Shown: positions 10,334-18,833 of the stretch, piece by piece
Layout: each line of letters begins with the position of its first letter
Position numbering within the stretch: the stretch's first letter is position 1
Source of the DNA: an uncultured Chloroflexia bacterium
GTDB taxonomy: Bacteria; Chloroflexota; Limnocylindria; Limnocylindrales; CSP1-4
Assembly (NCBI GenBank): GCA_963711405.1
Contig: CAVQDZ010000004.1
Location: 264,208-328,207, forward strand
DNA length: 64,000 bases
Reading direction: 5' to 3'
Notes under the pieces: model-generated
Told to the model about the DNA's origin: nothing
Databases searched by the model: none
The model's input: only the letters and a program-made list of their open reading frames with translations
Position numbers and translations under genes: made by a program

Positions 10334-11248
10334 GTGAAGGTCGGACTGCAGATTTCCTCGTTTACGTGGCCTGGTGGCGACGCCGAGATCGGCGAGACGC
10401 TGGCGCGCATCTGCCGCGCCGCCGACGACGCCGGCTTCGATTCGATCTGGGTCATGGATCACCTGTTCCAGATCCGCAGCGTTGGCGAGATCGAGGAACC
10501 CATGCTCGAGGGCATGACCGCCCTGGGCTACATGGCGGCCTACACCAAACGGGCGCGGCTGGGGCTGATGGTCGGTGCCGTGCCCTACCGCGAGCCCGGG
10601 CTGTGGCTCAAGGCAACGACCACGCTCGACGTGCTCAGTGGCGGCAGGGCGTGGCTGGGCATCGGCGCGGCGTGGAACGTCGAGGAGGCGCACTCGCTGG
10701 GCATCCCCTTTCCGGAGCTGCCCGATCGCTTCCGGCTGCTCGAGGACACGCTCAAGCTCGCGCGCCAGGCATGGCGTGGCGAGCGCGACAGCGGCCCGTT
10801 CCACGGCCGCGTCGTTAACGCCGAGCGGATCATGCTCAGCCCACAACAGCTTTCCAAGCCACGCATCCCCATCCTGGTCGGTGGCGGTGGCGAGCGGACC
10901 ACACTGCGCCTCGTGGCGCGCTACGCGGACGCGTGCAACGTCTTTGGCGCGCCGGACATGCTGCGCCACAAGTACGACGTGCTCCAGCGCCATTGCGACG
11001 CGGTCGGGCGCGACTACGACACGATCGAGAAGACCAATCTCTCGACGGTTTCGATCACCCCCGACGGTCGGCAGGGGTCGCTCACGCCGGCCAAGCTCAT
11101 CGACCGACTCGCCGGCTGGGCCGAGGCCGGCTCGCACCAGGCGATCTTCTCGATCCGCGGCGTGAGTGACATCTCCAAGATCGAGCTCATCGGCCGCGAC
11201 GTGATCCCCAACATCAAGGGAATGGGCGCCAAGAGCCCGCTCGACTAG
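10334..11248 (+). CDS. LLM-class F420-dependent oxidoreductase
   Basis: In-frame GTG 10334 (VKVGLQISSF). GFDSIWVMDHL, RARLGLMVGAVPYR and PILVGGGGERTTLRLVARYADACN are typical of luciferase-like F420 oxidoreductases. The earlier part of ORF 10184.. overlaps cofE and is discounted. Confidence 0.8.
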   Translation: MKVGLQISSFTWPGGDAEIGETLARICRAADDAGFDSIWVMDHLFQIRSVGEIEEPMLEGMTALGYMAAYTKRARLGLMVGAVPYREPGLWLKATTTLDVLSGGRAWLGIGAAWNVEEAHSLGIPFPELPDRFRLLEDTLKLARQAWRGERDSGPFHGRVVNAERIMLSPQQLSKPRIPILVGGGGERTTLRLVARYADACNVFGAPDMLRHKYDVLQRHCDAVGRDYDTIEKTNLSTVSITPDGRQGSLTPAKLIDRLAGWAEAGSHQAIFSIRGVSDISKIELIGRDVIPNIKGMGAKSPLD

Positions 11249-11313
11249 CAGCCCCGCGTTGCGGCTCCTCGCCTGCGCCCCCTCGTGGCGCGCATTTCGT
11301 TCCTATCCGCGCG

Positions 11314-11473
11314 CCTATGCACCGATTCGCTTAGATATGTGCCAATCTGCCTGAATATGTCCCAGCTTCCATGAATATGTACCGATCTGCTTGGATATGT
11401 CCCAATTGGCGTGAAGGTGTCTTCGGCGCATATTTAGTCCAATTGGCGCATGGTTAGTCCGATTGATGCATAG
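11314..11473. repeat. Degenerate 20-bp tandem repeat array (about 8 units in exact 20-nt register) in the intergenic region upstream of trxB
   Basis: Units start at 11314, 11334, 11354, 11374, 11394, 11414, 11434 and 11454: CTATGCACCGATTCGCTTAG / ATATGTGCCAATCTGCCTGA / ATATGTCCCAGCTTCCATGA / ATATGTACCGATCTGCTTGG / ATATGTCCCAATTGGCGTGA / AGGTGTCTTCGGCGCATATT / TAGTCCAATTGGCGCATGGT / TAGTCCGATTGATGCATAGG. Confidence 0.8.
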
Positions 11474-11540
11474 GCGCGGCGCTGGAGCCTCGAGCCTGCG
11501 CATACCCCCTGGGAGTATGCAGCCCTGCTAGGATGAACGC

Positions 11541-12620
11541 GTGGATCTGAGCAAGCTCGGCTTCCCGAGCATCTCCATCGTCGACGACGGCGCACCCGCG
11601 GATCAGGCTGACGAAGCCATGGTCGTGCCGCTCAAGCAGGGCGGCAACGGCACGCAGTCGGAAGACGCTGGCAAACACACCAAGGTGATGATCATTGGCT
11701 CCGGGCCTGCCGGGCTGACGGCCGCGATCTACGCCGCGCGCGCCAATCTCGAGCCGATCGTGATTGGTGGCTACGCGCCCGGCGGCCAGCTCATGATCAC
11801 CAGCGACGTCGAGAACTATCCAGGCTTTCCGGAGGGCATCCAGGGGCCTGAGCTGATGCAGAAGTTCCGCGAGCAGGCCGAGCGCTTTGGGACGAAGTTC
11901 GTCGATGTGGACGTCGACTCGGTCGATTTCTCGTCACGGCCGTTCCGGATCTGGGCAGAGAAGGTCGAATACACCGCCGACAGCGTCATCGTCGCCACAG
12001 GCGCATCGGCGCTGTGGCTGGGCCTGGACAACGAAACGCGCCTGCGCGGCCGTGGCGTGTCCGCGTGCGCGACGTGCGATGGCTTCTTCTTCCGGGGCAA
12101 GAAGGTGGCAGTGGTCGGCGGCGGTGACACCGCGCTCGAAGAGGCAACGTTCCTGACTCGCTTCGCCAGCGAGGTTGTGTTGCTCCACCGGCGCGACAGG
12201 TTCCGCGGCAGCAAGATCATGCAGGACCGCGCACTCGAGCATCCCAAGATCGACGTGCGTTGGAACACGGAAGTCGCGGACGTCCTGGGTGCCGACAAGG
12301 TCGAAGGCCTGCGTCTGCGCAACACGTCGGATGGCACTGAGCAGGACGAGATGATGGAAGGCCTGTTCGTGGCTATCGGCTACAAGCCCAACACGGACGT
12401 CTTTCGCGACTGGCTGGATGTGGACGACAAGGGCTACCTCGTCGTGACCGATGAGACACACACCAAGATCGACGGCGTGTTCATCGCCGGCGACGTGCAC
12501 GACCACCGCTACCGGCAGGCGGTGACTGCCGCGGCCGATGGCTGCAAGGCGGCCATCGATGTCGAGCGCTGGCTGGAGGCACAGGGCATCGCCGAGGCGT
12601 CAACCGCCACCGCCTGGTAG
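11541..12620 (+). CDS. trxB: Thioredoxin-disulfide reductase
   Basis: GSGPAG FAD motif, redox-active SACATCDG, GGGDTALEEA NADPH motif and GDV..YRQAVTAAADG. The ORF has a roughly 50 aa N-terminal extension, so the true start may be ATG 11619. Confidence 0.9.
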   Translation: MDLSKLGFPSISIVDDGAPADQADEAMVVPLKQGGNGTQSEDAGKHTKVMIIGSGPAGLTAAIYAARANLEPIVIGGYAPGGQLMITSDVENYPGFPEGIQGPELMQKFREQAERFGTKFVDVDVDSVDFSSRPFRIWAEKVEYTADSVIVATGASALWLGLDNETRLRGRGVSACATCDGFFFRGKKVAVVGGGDTALEEATFLTRFASEVVLLHRRDRFRGSKIMQDRALEHPKIDVRWNTEVADVLGADKVEGLRLRNTSDGTEQDEMMEGLFVAIGYKPNTDVFRDWLDVDDKGYLVVTDETHTKIDGVFIAGDVHDHRYRQAVTAAADGCKAAIDVERWLEAQGIAEASTATAW

Positions 12621-12645
12621 CTCGTCAACCCAGCAGCGCCGCCGA

Positions 12646-13638
12646 TCAGTCGGTGTAGCCGAACCTCTTCATGTAGCCGCCCAGGAACAGCTTCAGCCAG
12701 CGGTTGGAGAGGCCGCCGATCTGTTCGCGCCAGCGGTCGGCGGCGCCGGCGTCGAGGCCCTCCTCGCCCCACTTGAAGCCGCGCGCCATGACCTTGACAT
12801 TCGTCGGATCCGCTGGGGCCTCGACGCCCAGAAACGCGAACAGGCCACCGAGTGTCTCGTCCGGCGTGCGCACGACGTCCTCGAAGCGCACCAGCCGATA
12901 ACGGCTCGGGTGACGCTTCTCGTAGCCCGGATGGCGCCGCGCCGCGCCGCGCCAGACCCACGTCGTCTGGATCACGATCGTGGCTGGCAACAAGCCCGGC
13001 ACCTTGGCCAGCCATGAGTAGGGCTTGCGCAGCTTGCCGCGCCGGCGACGCAGGTCACTCACGAACACGCCGCGCGGGTCGCGGATCATGTGCACGACAC
13101 GGCCATCGGGAAACCACTCGAGCAACGTGTCGACGTAGGCAAGGTGCGCCGGCGTCTTCTCGCCCATGATCGGTCGGCCCTGCTTGTCCGCGTAGATGCG
13201 CAGGAATGCGGCCCAGATCCCGCGCTCGGTCCTGTCCGTCGCCAGCAGGCGTGTCGTCACGTCCGCGGCCAGGACGTTGGCCGTCAGCCAGCGCCAGTAC
13301 GGCGAGACCTCGCGCCAACGCGAGCGGCGCTGGAAGTCGCCCGAGTAGATCAGGTCAACGAGCTTGCGCACGACGGCGTCGTCGTGCATGTCGCCCAGCC
13401 TGCGGAAGTAGAAGCGCGCGCCCTCTGACTCGCGCAAGTGGCCCACGAAGTGGTTTTCGCGCGCAATTGCGATGCGCGGCGAGCGCTCCACGATCGTGCG
13501 CATCAAGGTCGTCCCGCTCCGGCTGGCGCCCACGATGAAGATGGCCTCGGGCTCACCCGGCAGTCCATCAGGCACCAACGGCCACTCGTCTGGCGGCCGC
13601 TCGACGACGGTCTCAGTTCCCGTCGCTACCATGCGCAA
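12646..13638 (-). CDS. Sulfotransferase family protein
   Basis: PAPS-binding-type motifs VGASRSGTT (5'-PSB) and VHMIRDPRG (3'-PB). 330 aa with no signal peptide. Confidence 0.75.
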   Translation of the reverse strand: MRMVATGTETVVERPPDEWPLVPDGLPGEPEAIFIVGASRSGTTLMRTIVERSPRIAIARENHFVGHLRESEGARFYFRRLGDMHDDAVVRKLVDLIYSGDFQRRSRWREVSPYWRWLTANVLAADVTTRLLATDRTERGIWAAFLRIYADKQGRPIMGEKTPAHLAYVDTLLEWFPDGRVVHMIRDPRGVFVSDLRRRRGKLRKPYSWLAKVPGLLPATIVIQTTWVWRGAARRHPGYEKRHPSRYRLVRFEDVVRTPDETLGGLFAFLGVEAPADPTNVKVMARGFKWGEEGLDAGAADRWREQIGGLSNRWLKLFLGGYMKRFGYTD

Positions 13639-13749
13639 TCAGTCGCGCGCGGCGCGAGGGGAATCATCGGGTGCACGTATCAGGCTCCAGGTGGGAGAGG
13701 CTCGGGCCGCATAGGCCCCGAGAGAGGAGCGGCCATTCTATTGGCTCCA

Positions 13750-15855
13750 ATGACGCTGCTGCGCCGTAACGAAGTTCGGCTGTTCCTGACCAGCTTCGCG
13801 ATCCTGTTCGTTGAGCTGCTGTTGATCCGCTGGATCCCTTCCAACGTCAAGTACATCGGCTTTTTCAGCAACTTCCTGCTCATCGCCTCGTTCCTGGGCA
13901 TTGGCCTGGGCATCCTGATCGGCCGCAAGGGCTTCAACCCGCGGCTATCGCCGTTCGCGATCCTGCTGGCTGCGATCGTCTTCTACGTCTTCACGTTCCA
14001 GCTCAACGTCCAGATCAAGTCGGACAACGAGCTCTTCTTCGGCCTCGCCGAGAACCGTGCAGCGGATCAGAACTTCCTGATCCTGCCGCTCATCGTCGCG
14101 CTGATCGTGTCACTCATGGCGACTCTGGCCTTGCCGCTCGGCCCGCTGCTCAAGAGCATGCCGCCGCTCAAGGCGTATGCCATCGACATCATCGGCTCGC
14201 TCGTGGGCATCGCCAGCTTCACCCTCCTGTCCGCGCTGGGTACGGATCCCGTGGTCTGGTTCACGATCGGGGTGATCATCGTCCTGGGCCTCGAGCTTGG
14301 CCGCAGGCTGTCCGTCTTCACGATCGTCAACGTCGGAGCCCTGGCCGCCGTGCTGGTGCTTGTCTTCCAGCAGGGTCAGGCGCATTCGACGGACATCTGG
14401 TCGCCGTACTACCGAATCAACGAATTCAAGGTCCAGAGCGGCCTGGTTCACATCACGGTCGATGGCATTCCGCACCAGGCGCTACATCCGATCGGTGAGG
14501 TTGGCCTCGAGGAGTTCTACTACCAGATCTACCGCTGGTTCCCGGGGCGGACGTACGACAACGTGCTCATCGTTGGCGCGGGCTCGGGCAGCGACGTCGC
14601 CATCGCCGAGAACCAGGGCGCGGGCCACATCGATGCCGTGGAGATCGACCCCAAGCTGTTAGAGATCGGGCGCACGGAGCACCCGAACCACCCTTATGAC
14701 GATCCCCGAGTCACCGCCTACAACAACGACGGGCGCGCCTTCCTGCGCAATACGGACAAGAAGTACGACCTGATCGTCTTCGCCCTGCCCGATTCGCTGA
14801 CCCTGGTCAGCCAGCAGTCATCGGTTCGGCTCGAGTCGTTTCTGTTCACCGAGCAGGCATTCGCGACGGTCAAGGACCACCTGACCGACAACGGCGTCTT
14901 CGTGCTCTACAACTACTACCGCGATCCGTGGCTCGTGAACAAGCTATCGACCATGTTGACCGACGCGTTCGGCACGGCACCCCTGGTAAACACTTACAGC
15001 AGCGTGAAAGCGACCTTGGCCGATGGCCCGCTCATCGCTCAGCTCAACGGCGCCGCGCCTCCAGGCGACACCGTCACCGGCGTACCGCCGCTGACGCCCG
15101 GACCGACCCCGACCGTCGCCACTGACGATTGGCCGTTCCTCTACCTGCGCACGCCGTTTGTCGCCGATTACTACATCGTCGCGCTGGCGCTGGTGCTCAT
15201 TGGCGCGCTCCTCGCGGTGGCCCTGGCGGCGCGTTTCACGGGCACGTCCATCCGCAAGTTCAGCCCGCACTTTTTCGTTCTGGGCGTTGCCTTCCTGCTG
15301 CTCAACACGCGCAGCATCACCAGCTTCAGCCTGCTCTTCGGCACGACGTGGATCGTCAATGCGCTGGCTTTCTTCGGGATTCTGTGCTCGGTCCTGTTAG
15401 CCATCTTCATCAACTACAAGTGGCCAATTCGCCGGCCCACGCCGTTCTATGTCCTTCTGTTCGCATCAATCGTCGTCGCGTACATGCTGCCGCCCGAATC
15501 GCTGCTGTTCGAACCGGCATGGCTGCGCTACCTGGTCGCGGCCGGGCTCGCATTTGCTCCGATCTTCTTCGCTAACCTGGTCTTCAGCTATTCGTTCCGT
15601 GAGACGGCGGCCGCGGACATGGCCTTCGCGTCAAACCTGCTCGGCGCCGTCGTTGGTGGGGCGCTCGAGTACCTGGCGCTGATCACGGGCTACCAGGCAC
15701 TGCTGATCGTCGTTGCCGGTCTCTATGGACTGGCCTGGTTGTTCGCCTCGCGGCTCCGGCTGGGCCTCGACAAGGAGCTGTCGCTCGACGAGCACAACCC
15801 CGACGAACCCGCGTTGGGCCAAGGTCCCGGGATAACGCCTGCGCCAGCCGGCTAA
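13750..15855 (+). CDS. Polytopic membrane protein with spermidine synthase-like (aminopropyltransferase/class I MTase) domain
   Basis: ATG 13750 (MTLLRRNEVRLFLTSFAILFVELLLIRW). Multiple TM helices flank a soluble core with VLIVGAGSGSDV, IDAVEIDP and DLIVFALPDS. The earlier part of ORF 13438.. is antisense to the sulfotransferase. Confidence 0.75.
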   Translation: MTLLRRNEVRLFLTSFAILFVELLLIRWIPSNVKYIGFFSNFLLIASFLGIGLGILIGRKGFNPRLSPFAILLAAIVFYVFTFQLNVQIKSDNELFFGLAENRAADQNFLILPLIVALIVSLMATLALPLGPLLKSMPPLKAYAIDIIGSLVGIASFTLLSALGTDPVVWFTIGVIIVLGLELGRRLSVFTIVNVGALAAVLVLVFQQGQAHSTDIWSPYYRINEFKVQSGLVHITVDGIPHQALHPIGEVGLEEFYYQIYRWFPGRTYDNVLIVGAGSGSDVAIAENQGAGHIDAVEIDPKLLEIGRTEHPNHPYDDPRVTAYNNDGRAFLRNTDKKYDLIVFALPDSLTLVSQQSSVRLESFLFTEQAFATVKDHLTDNGVFVLYNYYRDPWLVNKLSTMLTDAFGTAPLVNTYSSVKATLADGPLIAQLNGAAPPGDTVTGVPPLTPGPTPTVATDDWPFLYLRTPFVADYYIVALALVLIGALLAVALAARFTGTSIRKFSPHFFVLGVAFLLLNTRSITSFSLLFGTTWIVNALAFFGILCSVLLAIFINYKWPIRRPTPFYVLLFASIVVAYMLPPESLLFEPAWLRYLVAAGLAFAPIFFANLVFSYSFRETAAADMAFASNLLGAVVGGALEYLALITGYQALLIVVAGLYGLAWLFASRLRLGLDKELSLDEHNPDEPALGQGPGITPAPAG

Positions 15856-15863
15856 CGAGCCTG

Positions 15864-16541
15864 TTAGCCCCGAGTGACGCTCGGGCAGGTCAACTGGATA
15901 TCGATCAGCACGCCACCTGGACCGAGCGGCGTCTCGAGCGACTTGCCCGCGATGTGGATGGTGGCGGTCTGGCCGTCGTCCTGGATCTCGCGGGTGAAAT
16001 CGCCCGTGAAGCGGTCGAGCGAAAGCGTGTAGCTGGTGCCGCCGAAGATCGGGCCGATGACGACGAAGGCGCTGACGATGCGCTCCTTGCCGTTGCCCGT
16101 CGTGTCAGGTGCGTCGTTGATCTGAACCGTGCTCAGCTGACCGTCAGCGGCGGATAGGTCGCCGTACTGCGCGCCCCACGTGTCAGCGCCAATGACGTTG
16201 TAGTTGCACTGTGGGTCGCCACTGGCGGTGTACGTGCCCGCGTTTGGGCCGCTGTCCATGGTGACCACGACCGTGGGCGTGCCGTTCCCTGGTGACGCCG
16301 GGCCGATCGGCGGCAGTGTCGGGATGGGAGGCAAAGTCGGCACGGCGGGCAACGTGGGGATCGCGGGTAGCGTCGGGATCGGCGGCAGAGTCGGCAGGCG
16401 GGGGAAGGTCGGTATGGCGGGCAGTGTTGGAATGGCTGGGAGCGTCGGGATCGCCGGCAGAGTCGGGATCGAGGGCGCAACAGAGACGCAGCCCGTCACA
16501 AGCACGCACATCGCCGCGGCCCCCAGCAAAGTTCGTCTCAT
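15864..16541 (-). CDS. Lipoprotein with nine IPTLPA-type hexapeptide repeats and a C-terminal domain
   Basis: MRRTLLGAAAMCVLVTGC lipobox, followed by (I/L/V)PT(L/F)P(A/P/R) x9, then a roughly 140 aa G/T/D-rich domain ending in ..DIQLTCPSVTRG. Confidence 0.7.
   Translation of the reverse strand: MRRTLLGAAAMCVLVTGCVSVAPSIPTLPAIPTLPAIPTLPAIPTFPRLPTLPPIPTLPAIPTLPAVPTLPPIPTLPPIGPASPGNGTPTVVVTMDSGPNAGTYTASGDPQCNYNVIGADTWGAQYGDLSAADGQLSTVQINDAPDTTGNGKERIVSAFVVIGPIFGGTSYTLSLDRFTGDFTREIQDDGQTATIHIAGKSLETPLGPGGVLIDIQLTCPSVTRG
16308..16469 (-). repeat. Coding 18-bp tandem repeat (9 units, IPTLPA consensus)
   Basis: Residues 25-78 of the 15864..16541 product. The same periodicity is visible in all overlapping ORFs of the track. 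Confidence 0.8.
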
Positions 16542-16855
16542 CAGCGCGGGATCGTAGCAGCGGCACGCGCTTCGATCCGACCCTATTCATCAGGCGGATC
16601 AACGGATGACCGGACCATGCTCGAAGCCATTGCCGGGCGCCGTAAGGGCCTCTCCAGCGCGGATTCATGCGCGTGGTGACTCAAGATGAGGCCGAATCGG
16701 GCCCGGACCACAAGTCGGAGGTCCCGACCAGTCCGTTCAGTCATCCGTTCATTCACTTGGTGGATAGCTGGGGCCGGACGGCCGGCCAATGCCCTCCGGC
16801 GGCTGCATCTCGTGCAGGTGCTACGGTCGGAAGAACAGATGTTGGGCGGGTCTAG

Positions 16856-18832
16856 GTGAGCTACGGCGGGGCGCGACGCGGAATGTCGCGCATGCTGGAC
16901 AACGCGGGCCGCGAGATGCCGGAGGTACCGCCCGAGCGCCGCGCCCAGACGGTCCGCCGCATCCTGGGCTTCTTCCGGCCCTACCAGGTGTCCGTCTACC
17001 TCGTGCTGGTCACGATCGTCATCACGAGCCTGCTCGGCCTGGTCAACCCACTCCTGCTCAAGCAAATCATCGATGTCGCGATCCCCTCGCAGGATCTGCG
17101 CCTGCTGACCGTTTACGTGCTGCTGATGATCATCGTGCCGATCATCTCCGGGCTGATCGGGGTAGGCCAGTCGTACCTCAACAACGTCGTCGGCCAGCAC
17201 GTCATGCAGGACCTGCGCAACGCGCTGTACGCGCATCTGCAGCGCATGCCGCTGCGCTTCTTCACGGAGACGCGCACCGGCGAGATCCAGAGCCGGCTGT
17301 CCAACGATGTGGGCGGCATCCAATCCGTGGTCACGGACACGGCCAGCAGCACCTTCGCCAACCTGGTCACGGTCATGTCGACAGTCGTGGCGATGATCCT
17401 CATCGACTGGCGCCTGACCGCACTGTCGCTGGCCATGCTGCCGCTGTTCATGTGGCTGACCTACCGCGTTGGCAAGGTCCGCCGCCGACTGGCCGGCCAG
17501 ACCCAATCCAGCCTGGCCGACATCACCGCGATCACTGAGGAGACGGTCAGCGTCAGCGGCATGCTGCTAACCAAGACCTTCGGCCAGCAGGCCGCCGCGG
17601 TCGAGCGCTACCGCGTGGCCAATGCCAAGCTCGCCGTGCTTCAGATCCGCCAGTCGATGGTCGGTCGGTGGTTCTTCATGATCGTGGGCACCGTCTTCTC
17701 GATCACCCCGGCGCTGGTGTACTGGCTGGCCGGCTATCTCTCGATCACGGGCGCACCGTCCGCGCCAACGATCGGTGACATCGTCGCCTTCACCACGCTC
17801 CAGTCGCGCCTGTTCTTCCCGCTCGGTCAGCTGCTCAACGTGCAGGTCGAGGTGCAGGGTGCGCTGGCCCTCTTCGACCGCATCTTCGAGTACCTCGACC
17901 TGCCCGTTGAGATCGATGACAAGGCCGGCGCAGTGCCTCTGTCACCCGACACCGTGCGCGGCCACATTCGCTTCCGCAACGTCTTCTTCCGCTACCGACA
18001 CGTCGCCCGACCGACAGACACGCCAGCGGACACAAACGGCAAGGAGCCCGCGTCCACCGACGCGGACGAGCTGCCGCCGATCGTGCCGGTCAGCGGGAAC
18101 GGCGCCATGCCCGCCGCAGAGAAGATCCCGTTCGGACTGGCCGATGTCGACTTTGAGGCCAAGCCGGGTCAGCTTGTGGCGCTGGTTGGTCCATCAGGGT
18201 CGGGCAAGACGACGACCACCTATCTGCTGCCGCGGCTGTACGACGTCGACGAGGGCGCGGTCGAGATTGACGGCAACGACGTACGCGACGTCACTCTGGC
18301 GTCGCTTGGCGAGGTGATCGGCTTCGTGACCCAGGAGACGTTCCTGTTCCACGCGTCGGTGCGCGAGAACCTGCGCTACGCGAAGCCTGACGCCACTGAC
18401 GCCGAGCTGGAGGAGGCCGCCCGTATCGCAGCTATCCACGACAAGGTCACGGACCTGCCCGACGGCTACGACACGATCGTTGGCGAGCGCGGCTACAAGT
18501 TGAGTGGTGGCGAGAAACAGAGGATCGCGCTCGCCCGGGTGATGCTCAAGAACCCGCGCATCCTCGTGCTCGATGAGGCGACCTCCGCGCTCGACACGGT
18601 GTCAGAGCGGCTCATCCAGGCCGCGATCGAGCGCATCCAGCAGGGCCGCACCACGATCGCTATCGCTCACCGACTGTCCACGATCCTGCGCGCCGACCTG
18701 ATCGTGGTCATGGAGCACGGCCACGTCGTCGAGCGCGGCCGCCACGACGAGCTGCTCGCCCACGGCGGCTTGTATGCCCGTCTGTACCGCGAACAATTCC
18801 TGTCCGCCACCGGCGCGGAAGTCCCCGTCTGA
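16856..18832 (+). CDS. ABC exporter, fused permease/ATPase (MsbA/multidrug type)
   Basis: Six-TM domain plus NBD: Walker A GPSGSGKTT, signature LSGGEKQR, Walker B ILVLDEATSALD. A roughly 45 aa P/T/D-rich insert precedes Walker A. The start may be ATG 16883. Confidence 0.85.
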   Translation: MSYGGARRGMSRMLDNAGREMPEVPPERRAQTVRRILGFFRPYQVSVYLVLVTIVITSLLGLVNPLLLKQIIDVAIPSQDLRLLTVYVLLMIIVPIISGLIGVGQSYLNNVVGQHVMQDLRNALYAHLQRMPLRFFTETRTGEIQSRLSNDVGGIQSVVTDTASSTFANLVTVMSTVVAMILIDWRLTALSLAMLPLFMWLTYRVGKVRRRLAGQTQSSLADITAITEETVSVSGMLLTKTFGQQAAAVERYRVANAKLAVLQIRQSMVGRWFFMIVGTVFSITPALVYWLAGYLSITGAPSAPTIGDIVAFTTLQSRLFFPLGQLLNVQVEVQGALALFDRIFEYLDLPVEIDDKAGAVPLSPDTVRGHIRFRNVFFRYRHVARPTDTPADTNGKEPASTDADELPPIVPVSGNGAMPAAEKIPFGLADVDFEAKPGQLVALVGPSGSGKTTTTYLLPRLYDVDEGAVEIDGNDVRDVTLASLGEVIGFVTQETFLFHASVRENLRYAKPDATDAELEEAARIAAIHDKVTDLPDGYDTIVGERGYKLSGGEKQRIALARVMLKNPRILVLDEATSALDTVSERLIQAAIERIQQGRTTIAIAHRLSTILRADLIVVMEHGHVVERGRHDELLAHGGLYARLYREQFLSATGAEVPV

Positions 18833-18833
18833 C

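Noticed and set aside
11314-11473. Considered a CRISPR array
   Set aside because: The units are contiguous with no spacers, only 20 nt long and degenerate, and no cas genes are present. I report it instead as a tandem repeat array.
13438-13749. N-terminal 104 codons of ORF 13438..15855
   Set aside because: This part overlaps the sulfotransferase gene on the other strand and has an R/G-rich composition. The membrane protein begins convincingly at ATG 13750.
15850-15869. GGCTAACGAGCCTGTTAGCC contains a unit identical to the Pho-box-like GCTAACGAGCC
   Set aside because: It lies across the stop codons of two convergent genes and forms a simple 7-bp hairpin (GGCTAAC/GTTAGCC). A weak terminator, or chance, is the simpler reading.
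16542-16855. A 314-nt leader upstream of the ABC exporter, with a distant inverted repeat (TCAACGGATGA near 16599 and TCATCCGTTCA near 16741); considered a riboswitch or ncRNA
   Set aside because: I could not match it to any riboswitch or RNA family consensus from memory, and the pairing is imperfect and 130 nt apart. An Infernal/Rfam scan would be needed.
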